A stretch of DNA of 64,000 nucleotides from Holophagales bacterium UBA2201 (GTDB taxonomy: Bacteria > Acidobacteriota > Thermoanaerobaculia > UBA2201): the NCBI GenBank assembly GCA_002327305.1, contig DCUZ01000016.1:7873-71872 (forward strand), in the 5' to 3' direction. Numbering within the stretch: the stretch's first letter is position 1; every line of letters starts with the position of its first letter. The notes beneath the pieces are model-generated. The model searched no databases, was not told where the DNA came from, and was given only the letters and a program-made list of their open reading frames with translations. Positions 1 to 9,175 of the stretch are shown here, piece by piece. Both the position numbers and the translations under genes were made by a program.

Positions 1-485
1 GCTTCCAGTTCGTGGGCGTGCTTTTGGATGGAAAAGATGGTCATCAATGCGCCCAGGCCGTAGCCCAAGGTGGTGGACATGTCTTCTTTCAACAGAATCT
101 TGTCGAGCCAGCGGACGGATCGCCGGTGCTTATAGGGGCAAGCCCCTTTGGGATGCTCTTCGTAATAGTAGGCGCCCACTTCGCCCACCAGGTAGCGGCC
201 CTCGCCCAGCGGCGCAAGAACGCGGTCGCCCTCCTGCATCTCGAATCCGAACCGGTAGACCTGTCCCGCCTGCCCCGCCACCGACGCCACACTCGCCCCT
301 TCCGCCTTCAGTTCCTTCTTTATGTCTTTAAGTATTATTTCTTCTTTTCTTAATTCATAATTCTTAATTTTTAATTTGGAGGTGAGGTCGGGTATCTGGT
401 TCCACCCGATGGCAATGAAGCCTTCTTTGCGTGCTTCTTCAATGTATTTGGAACCTTCGCCGAGGCGGATCAGATAATAACTCAC
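1..485 (-). CDS. hypothetical protein, partial (N-terminus in window, C-terminus beyond position 1)
   Basis: The minus strand is open from a GTG at 485 (preceded by GGAGGGG 4 nt upstream) to the window edge with no stop. Translation starts VSYYLIRLGEGSKYIEEARKEGFIAIGWNQIPDL, then a Lys/Glu-rich linker, then ...GEGRYLVGEVGAYYYEEHPKG. It is absent from the ORF track because its stop lies outside the window. Family not recognised. Confidence 0.4.
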   Translation of the reverse strand, partial: MSYYLIRLGEGSKYIEEARKEGFIAIGWNQIPDLTSKLKIKNYELRKEEIILKDIKKELKAEGASVASVAGQAGQVYRFGFEMQEGDRVLAPLGEGRYLVGEVGAYYYEEHPKGACPYKHRRSVRWLDKILLKEDMSTTLGYGLGALMTIFSIQKHAHELE

Positions 486-561
486 TATCCCCTCCAGATA
501 TTAATCATTGACATGTGACTGCCAAAGGACATTCTATTATATTTGTTCTCGGCATTCCCAT

Positions 562-2223
562 TCATGCTTGTGCAAGATGCCATAATTCAAGGATAAATGT
601 CCTAGTCAGATTGAAATCGGAGGGCCTGAGTCCTTTTCGAACTACTTCATTGCATTTCTTCTTAAAACTCCCATAATTCTCTTTTTCAATTACTCCAACA
701 CCATCAGCGTCACGAGCTACTGTCACTCCTAACTTCTCCGCTTCGGAGATCATTCGATCAGAATAATGTCGTTCGATGCCTCGAAAGGACCGTCCTAGTT
801 TAGGATTAAAAGCACTATCAGGCCAAACACAGACTTTGCAGGGATCATGCTTTGAGAATAGCTTTTCGAATTGTGCTTTCTTGGATGCAACATCCCAGTC
901 TAATAGTATGATCACTGGAGATGCAATATTGCGTGCACGCAATGCTGATTTATTCGACTTTAAATATGCGTAAAGTGCATCAACTCCCCCCGCATCTTCT
1001 TCTTCATCCATCTGCGCGAGATATTGGATTCTAATGCATCGCTGTGGCTTAATCAGTGCAAGGGCTTCATTCAAATATGCAGCATCGAATTTCCCTTCTA
1101 CTAATATCAGCGGATCAAGAGGGCAAAATAGAAGAGGATGTGTCCATCTTGAGACACCTGCCGAGGCTGAAAGATCAATGATAGCCCGTTTGTCTCGCTC
1201 TGGATTCAAATTTGTACCGCTTGTTCCTTTCTCTAAGAATGCAGCAGAATCTGCATGTTGAATTATCATATCAGAGTGCGTGGTAGCGAATATCTGCAGG
1301 CGACCACCTTGTTCAGAAGCAATTTCAGAAAGGTACGATGCTAGATGAGCTTCTAAAGATGTATGCAAAGACGACTCCGGCTCTTCTGCAAGCCAGACAG
1401 CAGCTTGTCGCCAGCCAAATTGTTGGAAATAGTCACGGTCAATCAGCGCCAATGTTTCAAACATAAGTAGGCTTTGGATACCAGACCCTTGAAATATATC
1501 GTCGACATCTATACCGAGGTCCTTAAGCCTGTATCCTAGCGCGAAAACAATGTTAGCCCAGTTGTCCGGAGTTTTTAATTGAACTCCCTCAATCCCTGGG
1601 CAGAGATCCTTTACATGCTTTGACATTGGCTCCAGTAATGTATTTGACGTTTCTTCAATTGCTCCAAACAATTCAGTCGGTCTTGGTGCTTTCTTTCCAA
1701 GGCGTCTGACAAGTGCGTCGCGAAGGGCGCTGTGCTGCTGTTGGATAACATCTATTGGAAGAACCCTGTTGGGCACATAACGGATTGGGATAAGTGATAA
1801 GAATTGTTCAATACGCTGAGAATTTTCATAGTCTAAAGGCTTAGTGCTATTATTAATATAATATTGGGTATTTATAGAAGCACGCTCCCATACCTTTGTG
1901 ATAGTGGTCCCGCTTGCAATAAGATGCTTTACCTCCTCCAGGCCCTTCCGAAAAGAGAAATTTCCCGGGATATTAAACTTGACGGAAACAGAAATCTGCT
2001 TCTTCCTATGCTTCTTTGCATGGGGGAGGTGAAAATCCCGGTCTATTTCAAGGGGAATGCCCGGCTCACAGTTATCTGTAAAATACGCATAGATCGCACG
2101 CAATACGTTCGACTTGCCTGAATTATTCAGCCCACATAAAACATTGAAGTTCCCGAATTCATTTAACTCCAGATCAGCAATTGATCGGAATCCTTTAATG
2201 CGTGCAGCGCTTATCAATTCCAT
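562..2223 (-). CDS. OLD-family ATP-dependent endonuclease (ABC ATPase + Toprim)
   Basis: N-terminal Walker A GLNNSGKSNVL, Walker B-like AVWLAEEPE and an ATTHS H-loop. The C-terminal Toprim region has LILVEGKFDAAYL and LLDWD motifs. The gene is AT-rich relative to the backbone. Confidence 0.75.
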   Translation of the reverse strand: MELISAARIKGFRSIADLELNEFGNFNVLCGLNNSGKSNVLRAIYAYFTDNCEPGIPLEIDRDFHLPHAKKHRKKQISVSVKFNIPGNFSFRKGLEEVKHLIASGTTITKVWERASINTQYYINNSTKPLDYENSQRIEQFLSLIPIRYVPNRVLPIDVIQQQHSALRDALVRRLGKKAPRPTELFGAIEETSNTLLEPMSKHVKDLCPGIEGVQLKTPDNWANIVFALGYRLKDLGIDVDDIFQGSGIQSLLMFETLALIDRDYFQQFGWRQAAVWLAEEPESSLHTSLEAHLASYLSEIASEQGGRLQIFATTHSDMIIQHADSAAFLEKGTSGTNLNPERDKRAIIDLSASAGVSRWTHPLLFCPLDPLILVEGKFDAAYLNEALALIKPQRCIRIQYLAQMDEEEDAGGVDALYAYLKSNKSALRARNIASPVIILLDWDVASKKAQFEKLFSKHDPCKVCVWPDSAFNPKLGRSFRGIERHYSDRMISEAEKLGVTVARDADGVGVIEKENYGSFKKKCNEVVRKGLRPSDFNLTRTFILELWHLAQA

Positions 2224-2348
2224 TCTTATCCTCTTTTCACATAAAGAAAATACTGCTTCTGATATAAGACAAGCCGATTCTGTGCCCCTAACATTCTATG
2301 TAGCAGCAGACAAGATATTATTTAAGTGACAATTTTAAGACACTACGC

Positions 2349-4508
2349 TTATTCATGGCTTTTCCCCTCAACTATATATATCTCTTCATCATTCAGACCA
2401 TAGAGCTCATAGACCAACTTATCGATCTGCCGGTCGGTTGCGTCTATTTGGCGCTGAAACAGATTCTTTTGCTCCTCCAACTTTGCGGCCGATATTTTCT
2501 TATGCAAGGTGAGCATAGTACCTACCAAATCTACTATCTGCCCATGCCGCACCTTATCATCATTATTTGTAAAATCAATGATTCGAACAGGCACTTTTTC
2601 CATGTACTGGTAGATCAAACGATATCGGTACTGCCCAGCACGAACGCCGAATGGAATGCTGATATTGCTAATTGCAAACCAGAAGAGTTTACTGTTAAGC
2701 AACCCCAGAAGATACGGATCATTTACCCCAATGCAATAAGCGGTATTGGATAGGTAATGCCCCTCCCTATCAAGGCAGAAGCGCGGCCCTTTGGCAATAT
2801 CTGGATAAATGATTTTTGCCTGATCAAAAACCTCCCAATAGGCCACATCATCTTGGATCTCATACCACTCATATCGGCCTGGTTTTCGTCCGCGCTTTGC
2901 GTTTTTATCGCGCTTGGGTGTCAGATCTTCTTTCCATTTTGAAAGATGCTCCATAATTGCAGGATAGTCCTTGATCCGTACACCACGCCGCGTGAAAATG
3001 AGCCATTGATCTGCTTCATGAAATACATATCGCCTGATATCTTCGCCGCCGAGCATCGGATGAATTAACTCCGCACTATTGGCATCCTTTCTAATGAGGT
3101 CAGTCCTTGTTTTGCTGTCGATAATGAAGGCTTCGTTAAGCCCTGTTTTAATTCCATAGCATATTTTATCTTTTGCAAAGTCGCAAAGAGGGATACCCGC
3201 CTTTGTTATCTTCTCGAATACATGGGCTTCATCATCGGATTTTAGCGACCAAGCATCTGGCTCCAATCTGACATGTGGGATAAAGTAATGATTGGCTTCG
3301 ACAAACGACTTTAAGTCTTGAATTTGCAGGGAAGGGATTCGGCTAACTTCCACGCTCTGGGGCTGTTCTGTTTTAACGAAAAGAGGAATGCATACATAAG
3401 TGTCTTTCGCGTTTTCAAACACGGCCAAGCCACCAAAGTCCACTATGCGAAGCACGCCTGCATGCTTTTTGATCTGACGACGTAGTGACTCACCATAGGT
3501 AGCCCGCAAGAAACTGCTTGAAACAATGATGCTGAAACGACCATTAGCGCGGAGGAGATCAAGGCCCCGTTCTATAAAATATGCGTAGAGGTCTGCCACC
3601 CCATGATAAGCTTCGTACTGCTTGGAGAAATAGTCTTTGAATTCTGATAGAGTTTCCTGTCTGACATAAGGCGGATTCCCGATCACCACATCAAACCCGC
3701 CGCCCTTCATGATCGCCGGGAACTCCCGATCCCAATCGAAGGCGTTGATCCGCTTCCGGTCCTCGTCCGAAAACATGTCCAGTTGCCTGCCCTGGTAGAA
3801 GTCCTGCCCGATGAGCGAATTCCCGCACTTTATATTGGCCGTGAGATCGGGGAGGACAAGCCCCCTCATATAAAGCATCATCTGCCCCTTGTCGAATCCC
3901 TTGTCCAATAGTTTAAGGTAGAGCGACATGATGGCCACTTCGGTGGCCTCGCGGTCGATGTCCACACCGAAGAGGTTGTTCTTGAGGATCCTCCCCTTCT
4001 TCTCCACGGTGAGGCGGACGTCGCCCTCGGCGGTCTGGTACCAGTCGCGGGCGTGGGCCTTGTCCTTTTTGTGCTCCGCGTACCACTCTTCATGGTATCG
4101 GATGAGCCGATCGAAGGCGCCCAGGAGGAAGGAGCCGGAACCGCACGCCGGATCGAGGATCTTGAGGGTTTCGATCTCCGCGGGGGTCTTGCCCTTGATC
4201 TTTTCGCCCACGGTGTGCTCGACTATGTAATCCACCACCCACTGCGGGGTGTAATAGACGCCGCCGGCGTGGCGGACCTCGGGCTTTTCCTCCACCTTGG
4301 CGCGGTGGCCCTCGGTCAACCAGATCTTGGAGCCCAGGAACCGCTCGTAGATGCGGCCCAGGATCTCCGGCTCGATGATGTCGAACTGGTAGGGGCTGGC
4401 TGGAGCCACCTCCCGCCCTGCCGAAGGATGAAGTATGAAGGAAAAATTATGAAGGAGGGGCAGAAGGGGGACAGGGGTGGGACGAGAAAAAGCTTCAAGA
4501 TAGGTCAT
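2349..4508 (-). CDS. Type IIG restriction-modification enzyme, C-terminal fragment (gamma-class N6-adenine MTase + target-recognition region); nuclease/helical N-terminal part missing
   Basis: The fragment aligns to residues ~310-994 of the intact paralog at 21694-24678 (YERFLG, AKVEEKPEV, YYTPQWVVDYIVEHTVG, LDPACGSGSFLLGAF, VIGNPPYVRQE). The first ~35 codons (4395-4508) show no homology to the paralog. It overlaps the 3' end of the four-helix-bundle gene by 14 nt. Confidence 0.7.
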   Translation of the reverse strand: MTYLEAFSRPTPVPLLPLLHNFSFILHPSAGREVAPASPYQFDIIEPEILGRIYERFLGSKIWLTEGHRAKVEEKPEVRHAGGVYYTPQWVVDYIVEHTVGEKIKGKTPAEIETLKILDPACGSGSFLLGAFDRLIRYHEEWYAEHKKDKAHARDWYQTAEGDVRLTVEKKGRILKNNLFGVDIDREATEVAIMSLYLKLLDKGFDKGQMMLYMRGLVLPDLTANIKCGNSLIGQDFYQGRQLDMFSDEDRKRINAFDWDREFPAIMKGGGFDVVIGNPPYVRQETLSEFKDYFSKQYEAYHGVADLYAYFIERGLDLLRANGRFSIIVSSSFLRATYGESLRRQIKKHAGVLRIVDFGGLAVFENAKDTYVCIPLFVKTEQPQSVEVSRIPSLQIQDLKSFVEANHYFIPHVRLEPDAWSLKSDDEAHVFEKITKAGIPLCDFAKDKICYGIKTGLNEAFIIDSKTRTDLIRKDANSAELIHPMLGGEDIRRYVFHEADQWLIFTRRGVRIKDYPAIMEHLSKWKEDLTPKRDKNAKRGRKPGRYEWYEIQDDVAYWEVFDQAKIIYPDIAKGPRFCLDREGHYLSNTAYCIGVNDPYLLGLLNSKLFWFAISNISIPFGVRAGQYRYRLIYQYMEKVPVRIIDFTNNDDKVRHGQIVDLVGTMLTLHKKISAAKLEEQKNLFQRQIDATDRQIDKLVYELYGLNDEEIYIVEGKSHE

Positions 4509-4875
4509 TTTGGGCCTTCACCTTCTTGATTATAGTAGCAAAGATGGCCGTAAGCTCATCGCATTCCTTCATTAGAGGCTTAAGTGTGTCTACGGGGTGG
4601 ATTCCGCTATCGCGTAAAAGTTCCAACCAATAGGCCGTTTCTTCAAGTTCTTTAAGGCTATCGCCCACCTTGGCCGAGAATTCGGCCTTGCTCCGGCTCC
4701 GATAGGCTTCGCGATAATTGGCTCCGATGGAAGTCCCTGATCGAAGGACCTGCTTTCCGATCATCCGCGCTTCAGGGCTTTTAGGTAGCCCGCTCGACAG
4801 GCGGATGATCTGGAGAGCGAAGCCCTTCGTCCTATCCCTCAAATCCTTCCCTTCGGCCCTGACTTCATCCCTCAT
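4495..4875 (-). CDS. four helix bundle protein (23S rRNA intervening-sequence protein family, TIGR02436-like)
   Basis: 126 aa with the family pattern DLRDRTKGFALQIIRL...LPKSPEARMIGKQVLRSGTSIGANYREAYRSRSKAEFSAKVGDSLKELEETAYWLELL. Its ATG overlaps the stop of the upstream fragment (ATGA). Confidence 0.8.
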   Translation of the reverse strand: MRDEVRAEGKDLRDRTKGFALQIIRLSSGLPKSPEARMIGKQVLRSGTSIGANYREAYRSRSKAEFSAKVGDSLKELEETAYWLELLRDSGIHPVDTLKPLMKECDELTAIFATIIKKVKAQNDLS

Positions 4876-5225
4876 ACTTCTGCCTTCATCCTTTTAGTGA
4901 GCGTGAAGACGGGCCGCTTGTCCGTGAGGGGCACATGGGGGGCCTTGGCCTCCACGAAGAACCGGGGCTTGCGCCGGACGCGGAAGGCGTAGTCGGGCTT
5001 TTTGATGGTGTCGCGTTCCTTCTGGCTATACTCGCGGTGGACGTCCCATTCGTCGCGGGGGAGGTGGGTTTGCTCGAAGTCCCAGCCGAGGGCCTGGAAG
5101 AGGGGGTCTATGAAGCGGTTTCTTGTTTCCGTTTCTTGGAAGGCTTTGGTTAGGTAGTGGGGTTCGTTTTTGTGGAAGTCTTCCACCTTTTGTTCGACGA
5201 GGGATTTGCCTTGGGAACGTTTCAT
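4872..5225 (-). pseudogene. N-terminal PD-(D/E)XK nuclease-domain fragment of a Type IIG R-M enzyme (truncated after the catalytic EAK motif)
   Basis: The 117-aa product is homologous to residues 1-~110 of the 994-aa paralog (FIDPLFQALGWDF, PDYAFRV..RFFVEAKAP versus FLDPFFKALGWDV, PDYCFRIGGVRKFFVEAKKP). It diverges and stops right after the EAK motif. It is in the same frame class as the C-terminal fragment. Confidence 0.65.
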
Positions 5226-5619
5226 GCCGCCACCCTACCAGCGGGCGACCCACCGGGTCGCCCCTACCAATACCCGCCGGCCACCTGCCTGGAGGGATTG
5301 CATCCCTCGCCTGCTTTCCTGCCGGCAAACCATCTGAACGCCATTACTGCTGATCGATACGGCCACTAATACCCCCTAAACCCTTTGAATGGCCCGAAAC
5401 ACTGGATAGGACTATACTCCCTTGAATGGGGCAGGGTCAAGGGCATGGCCGGGCTCCCGCGGCCGCTCAGTCCGGAAGGAATCGTTCAGATCTTTGTCTC
5501 CCGGGGCGTTGCCCCAAGCAGACGGTAAACCGGGCCTTGGGCCATCGAATAGTCAACGGCGGACAACGACCTGATTCCTTCAATGATATTGCAAAGGCAT
5601 GCGCTTTTACCAAGCGTGG

Positions 5620-6423
5620 CTAAGCGGCATGCGAAAGCCATGACACGATAAGAGATACGAGATGATCAGCGGCTTGCAGGCGGGCAGGCCATATGGAGAT
5701 CGCCCCAAAGATAGCCGCCAGGGCAAGCGCGACAGCGTTGGCACGGAAGACAGGATCTATAAACGTACCCGGGGCGCCGGAACCGGAAGCAAGACTCGCG
5801 ACCGCCCATTCTTCCCAAAATACTGTAATAAGAAGGCTGATACCGAGCGCAATCCAGATATAAAGGACCTTGAGGAGCCAGTAGAGGACCAACTGATTGG
5901 ATCCCGCCGCGCCTTGGCCGAGCCAGAACACGAAAGCACTCGCGACGAGCAGGATCGTCATGATTGCCGCGAGCGCCGCCGTCGGGCATGCCCGAATCCG
6001 GCTGTTGACGGCGACAAGCCGGAGCCGTTTGGCCGGAAGCAGGGAAAGGCCCCATATCACCGGAATGAAAATCAGCCAAAGAACGGGGACGCCTCCGAGG
6101 GCGACCGCCACAACGATTCCAACCACTGTGGAAAGGACATTCGCCAAAAACATGTAGATGACGGCCAGCCATCGCTTGAGGCCGCGCTGCAACACAGCGA
6201 ACAGCAATGCCTTGATGAGGACGATGACGCAAAGCACCTGGAGCGATGGGACAAGCCAGGACGGACCGGCAACCACCTTCATGAGTGGAAATATCGGTTC
6301 GCAGCCCATCAGGGCGCCGGAGGGGCACAGGGCGAGCAAGAAAGCAATGCTGGCCACGAGCAATGATCGTTTCGAGAGGGTCATGCGGCGCCTCCTGTGG
6401 ATGTCTTCATTTTGTGCATTCAT
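5620..6423 (-). CDS. hypothetical polytopic membrane protein
   Basis: 267 aa with multiple hydrophobic helices and no recognisable catalytic motif. The start may be the internal M of MTLSKRS. Confidence 0.45.
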   Translation of the reverse strand: MNAQNEDIHRRRRMTLSKRSLLVASIAFLLALCPSGALMGCEPIFPLMKVVAGPSWLVPSLQVLCVIVLIKALLFAVLQRGLKRWLAVIYMFLANVLSTVVGIVVAVALGGVPVLWLIFIPVIWGLSLLPAKRLRLVAVNSRIRACPTAALAAIMTILLVASAFVFWLGQGAAGSNQLVLYWLLKVLYIWIALGISLLITVFWEEWAVASLASGSGAPGTFIDPVFRANAVALALAAIFGAISIWPARLQAADHLVSLIVSWLSHAA

Positions 6424-6607
6424 GGCTTCTCCTGCAACTGCACTGAATTCCAGGCGGCCGTGATCCAGACGACGCGGCCCTTCCCCGCTGGGTGTGCCGA
6501 AAGCCCTGGAAATGGACAGAAATCGGCAAAGCCTCCAAAATCATATTCCCATGCTTCCGCATCATCCGCATCCTTCCTTCGCTAATTCCCGCCTTTCCCG
6601 CGGACTT

Positions 6608-6907
6608 TTACCCTTTCACCCCGCGGCCCCGCCAATAGCGTGGCCGACGGTGAAGATGGGCTACCGCTACAATAACGAGGCTCTGTTCATCCCGGCCATA
6701 AATGAGGCCATACGGGAAGCGGGCGAGAAAACAGCGTCGCAATTCAGGACCGATTTCGCTTCCGGAAGATGGGTAGACACTGATTCTTCGGACCGCCCGG
6801 TCCAACTCATCAAGGAATTCCATCCCCAATCCCGGCACCTGTACCTCGTACCATGCTACGGCATCGTCCAGTTCGCGTCGGGCGCGAATGGTGAACCTTA
6901 CGGTCAT
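6608..6907 (-). CDS. ParE/RelE-family type II toxin
   Basis: 99 aa with the ParE-like N-terminus MTVRFTIRARRELDDAVAWY, overlapping the upstream antitoxin by 4 nt. Confidence 0.75.
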   Translation of the reverse strand: MTVRFTIRARRELDDAVAWYEVQVPGLGMEFLDELDRAVRRISVYPSSGSEIGPELRRCFLARFPYGLIYGRDEQSLVIVAVAHLHRRPRYWRGRGVKG

Positions 6908-7126
6908 GACCTGCTGTACTTTTCCATGACGGCCCGATAGGACACGGTTTTAAGGCGGCCCGCCTTGTAGGCCTTCCACCGGCGATGCGCTTCCTGTGCC
7001 CAGGCACGGTCAATTTCCGGATCCGGCTGGTCAAGATCGGCCAGGATTGAATCCACCAGTTGAAGTTTTTCCATATCCGACAGGGATCGGATTTGTATGG
7101 CGAGTTTTTCCGCTTTGGCGCTCATA
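6904..7126 (-). CDS. type II antitoxin (putative addiction module component, ParD-like/CHP02574-like)
   Basis: MSAKAEKLAIQIRSLSDMEKLQLVDSILADLDQPDPEIDRAWAQEAHRRWKAYKAGRL. The start is placed at the internal ATG preceded by GGAGGTG; the longer track ORF is an N-terminal over-extension. Confidence 0.7.
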
Positions 7127-7330
7127 ATACGCACCTCCTGTGTTCGATTATAGTGTAGCACAGTGGTTTTCCACTCCCTCGTCACCGGCTCGTCGTTCGT
7201 CTTCCGCCCCGAGTCCGTTGGAAAAGCGAATCGGAGGGATTTGCCGAAAGCGAACGCCGGCTCGAAGAAGTCATCCCAGGAGCGGGACGCGCGGATGAAG
7301 CGGTCAACGGCGGTCGGGGGCATGGGGGGC

Positions 7331-7699
7331 TCATTCGGCCGCGAGGTTCCGGATGTAGTGGTTCAACTCCCTGGCCTTGCCGTCGAAGAACAGGGTGACG
7401 CAGGCCAGCACTTTCAACATCGACTGGACGCCGTCGGCCCTGGCCTCCGCGTCCGGTTGCCAGACGGCGTACCGGCCGGGGGCTTCGCTCCGGACCGCCA
7501 GATACCGCCGCGTCATGCTGTCATGGAAGATGATCGTCGGGGCCACCAGGGAGGGGTCCCGCTCCCGCTTGGCCAGCTCCCTCTTGAACGGGAAGGTCTT
7601 CACGAAGGAGAGGGCCGCGCTTTTTTCTATGGCCCCCATCTTCACCACATCGTCCGGCGACGAGGTGTCGAACAGAATCTTGTAGGTGAACCGGCTCAC
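7331..7699 (-). CDS. hypothetical protein
   Basis: 122-aa ORF in a plausible gap with no recognisable motifs. Confidence 0.35.
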   Translation of the reverse strand: MSRFTYKILFDTSSPDDVVKMGAIEKSAALSFVKTFPFKRELAKRERDPSLVAPTIIFHDSMTRRYLAVRSEAPGRYAVWQPDAEARADGVQSMLKVLACVTLFFDGKARELNHYIRNLAAE

Positions 7700-8004
7700 G
7701 GGCGCCCTCCGCCCCCCGCTCGCCGGCCTTTTCCAGGGCCGTTGCCGGGCGCCACTCGATTCCTCCGTGCCGGCGGGTCGGGGCCGCGCATTCCGCCACT
7801 ATACTCCCGCCTGGGAGAGGGGGTCAAGGGGGGGAGGAGGCCCCGCAAACGCATGCGCCGACCCGCACGCACGGGCGCTTGGGGCGTCCGCGGCAGGAAA
7901 GGACGCGGGGGGAACGGCCCGGCCCGGAAGGATGGACCCGGATCAAGCCGGCCGGGGATGCGAAGGGGCGGCTCCGCTCGGCGGAAGACGGCCCCACCGT
8001 CCCC

Positions 8005-9075
8005 TCACAGCTTCAGCGTCACCGCCAGGGTGGATTTGATGCGGGCGCCGGAGTCGGAGAAGAAATCCTCGCGCACATCGTGGAGGTAGCGCCCCAGGCC
8101 CGCCTCCACCTCGAGGTCCCGGCCGAGGGAGCGCCTCAGGCGCAGGGCGACGAAGTTCGTCGCGGCCTCGGTGAGGACGCGGGGATCGAAGAGGAGGTAG
8201 GAGCGCTCCAGCCGCCGGTCCTCGAACCGGAAGGAAAGGAGGAGGGTCCATCCCGGAGCGGGGGCGGCGGAGAGGGTGCCTTCGATCCCCCACCCCGTGT
8301 GCCCGAAGTCGGGGATGGATGAATCGGTCTCCTGGTAGAACAGCGCCGCCTGGACCAAAAACGGCCCCGCGACCTCCCACCCCAGGGAGACGAGGCGGAG
8401 GGTGTCGCGGTGGTCGCGGAACGAGGGGGGGGTGGGGGGCCCGCCGGAACCGCCCCCCGCGGGGATGACCAGAACGGGCTGGTCGAAATCCTGCACGGCG
8501 TAGGCGGCGGTGGCGCGAAGGCGGTGCCGCCCCCCCAGGGGCTGATCGGCCGCGAGGGAGGCGCGGGTCTGCCGGTGGGAAAAGACGGTGCGGTCCTGCA
8601 CCTCCAGGTCGCTCCAGTCGAGGGCGAGGCGGAGGCGGTCGTGCCACCGCAGGGCCGCCTCGGCGCCGAAGCGGGTGTAGGGGTCCTCCTCCACGGGGAA
8701 CCGCTCCTCCCTCCCCTGGGCGTCGCGGAACTGGTAGCGGGCGGAGCCGTCCAGCACCAGGCCGGCCCCCAGGGCTGCCCCGGCGCGGTATTCGAGGCCG
8801 CCGTAGAGCATCCGCGCGGGAGGGGGATCGGCGGACGAGCCCCCCCAGGGGTCCAGGACCGTGAAGTGGTAGGCGACGCTCTGCCGCGCCTTCGAGTACC
8901 CCCCCCCGACCCGCAGGGCCGAGAAGACGGCGCCGGCGTCGCCGGGTTCGAATTCATAGAGACGGGAATGGTGTTCGAGGCCGAGAGAGAACCGGCTCTC
9001 GCCCGCCCATTCCTCCGCCCCCCAGGCGCCGGCGGCCCAGAGGATGGCGCACAGGAGCGCGGTCAGACGGGTCAT
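8005..9075 (-). CDS. putative outer-membrane beta-barrel protein
   Basis: Signal peptide MTRLTALLCAILWAAGAWG followed by alternating amphipathic beta-strand-like sequence (start trimmed to this Met). Family unknown. Confidence 0.45.
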   Translation of the reverse strand: MTRLTALLCAILWAAGAWGAEEWAGESRFSLGLEHHSRLYEFEPGDAGAVFSALRVGGGYSKARQSVAYHFTVLDPWGGSSADPPPARMLYGGLEYRAGAALGAGLVLDGSARYQFRDAQGREERFPVEEDPYTRFGAEAALRWHDRLRLALDWSDLEVQDRTVFSHRQTRASLAADQPLGGRHRLRATAAYAVQDFDQPVLVIPAGGGSGGPPTPPSFRDHRDTLRLVSLGWEVAGPFLVQAALFYQETDSSIPDFGHTGWGIEGTLSAAPAPGWTLLLSFRFEDRRLERSYLLFDPRVLTEAATNFVALRLRRSLGRDLEVEAGLGRYLHDVREDFFSDSGARIKSTLAVTLKL

Positions 9076-9175
9076 CCCCCCCATTATCCCCGATGGGAGG
9101 GGCAAAAGCAATCCCGGAACCGCGCATTTGCTATAATCCGAAGATGCGTTCGCCAATCCCGCCCCGGACCGCCGG

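Noticed and set aside
12-353. Plus-strand ORF 12-353 at the window start
   Set aside because: The minus-strand frame over the same region is open to the window edge. It has a GTG start with a strong SD and a coherent protein sequence. The plus-strand product is low-complexity.
5226-5619. Possible small RNA or regulatory element in the 390-bp gap after the N-terminal R-M fragment (contains duplicated CCCTT(T)GAATGG)
   Set aside because: There is no recognisable structure, promoter/terminator pair or conservation evidence available from sequence alone.
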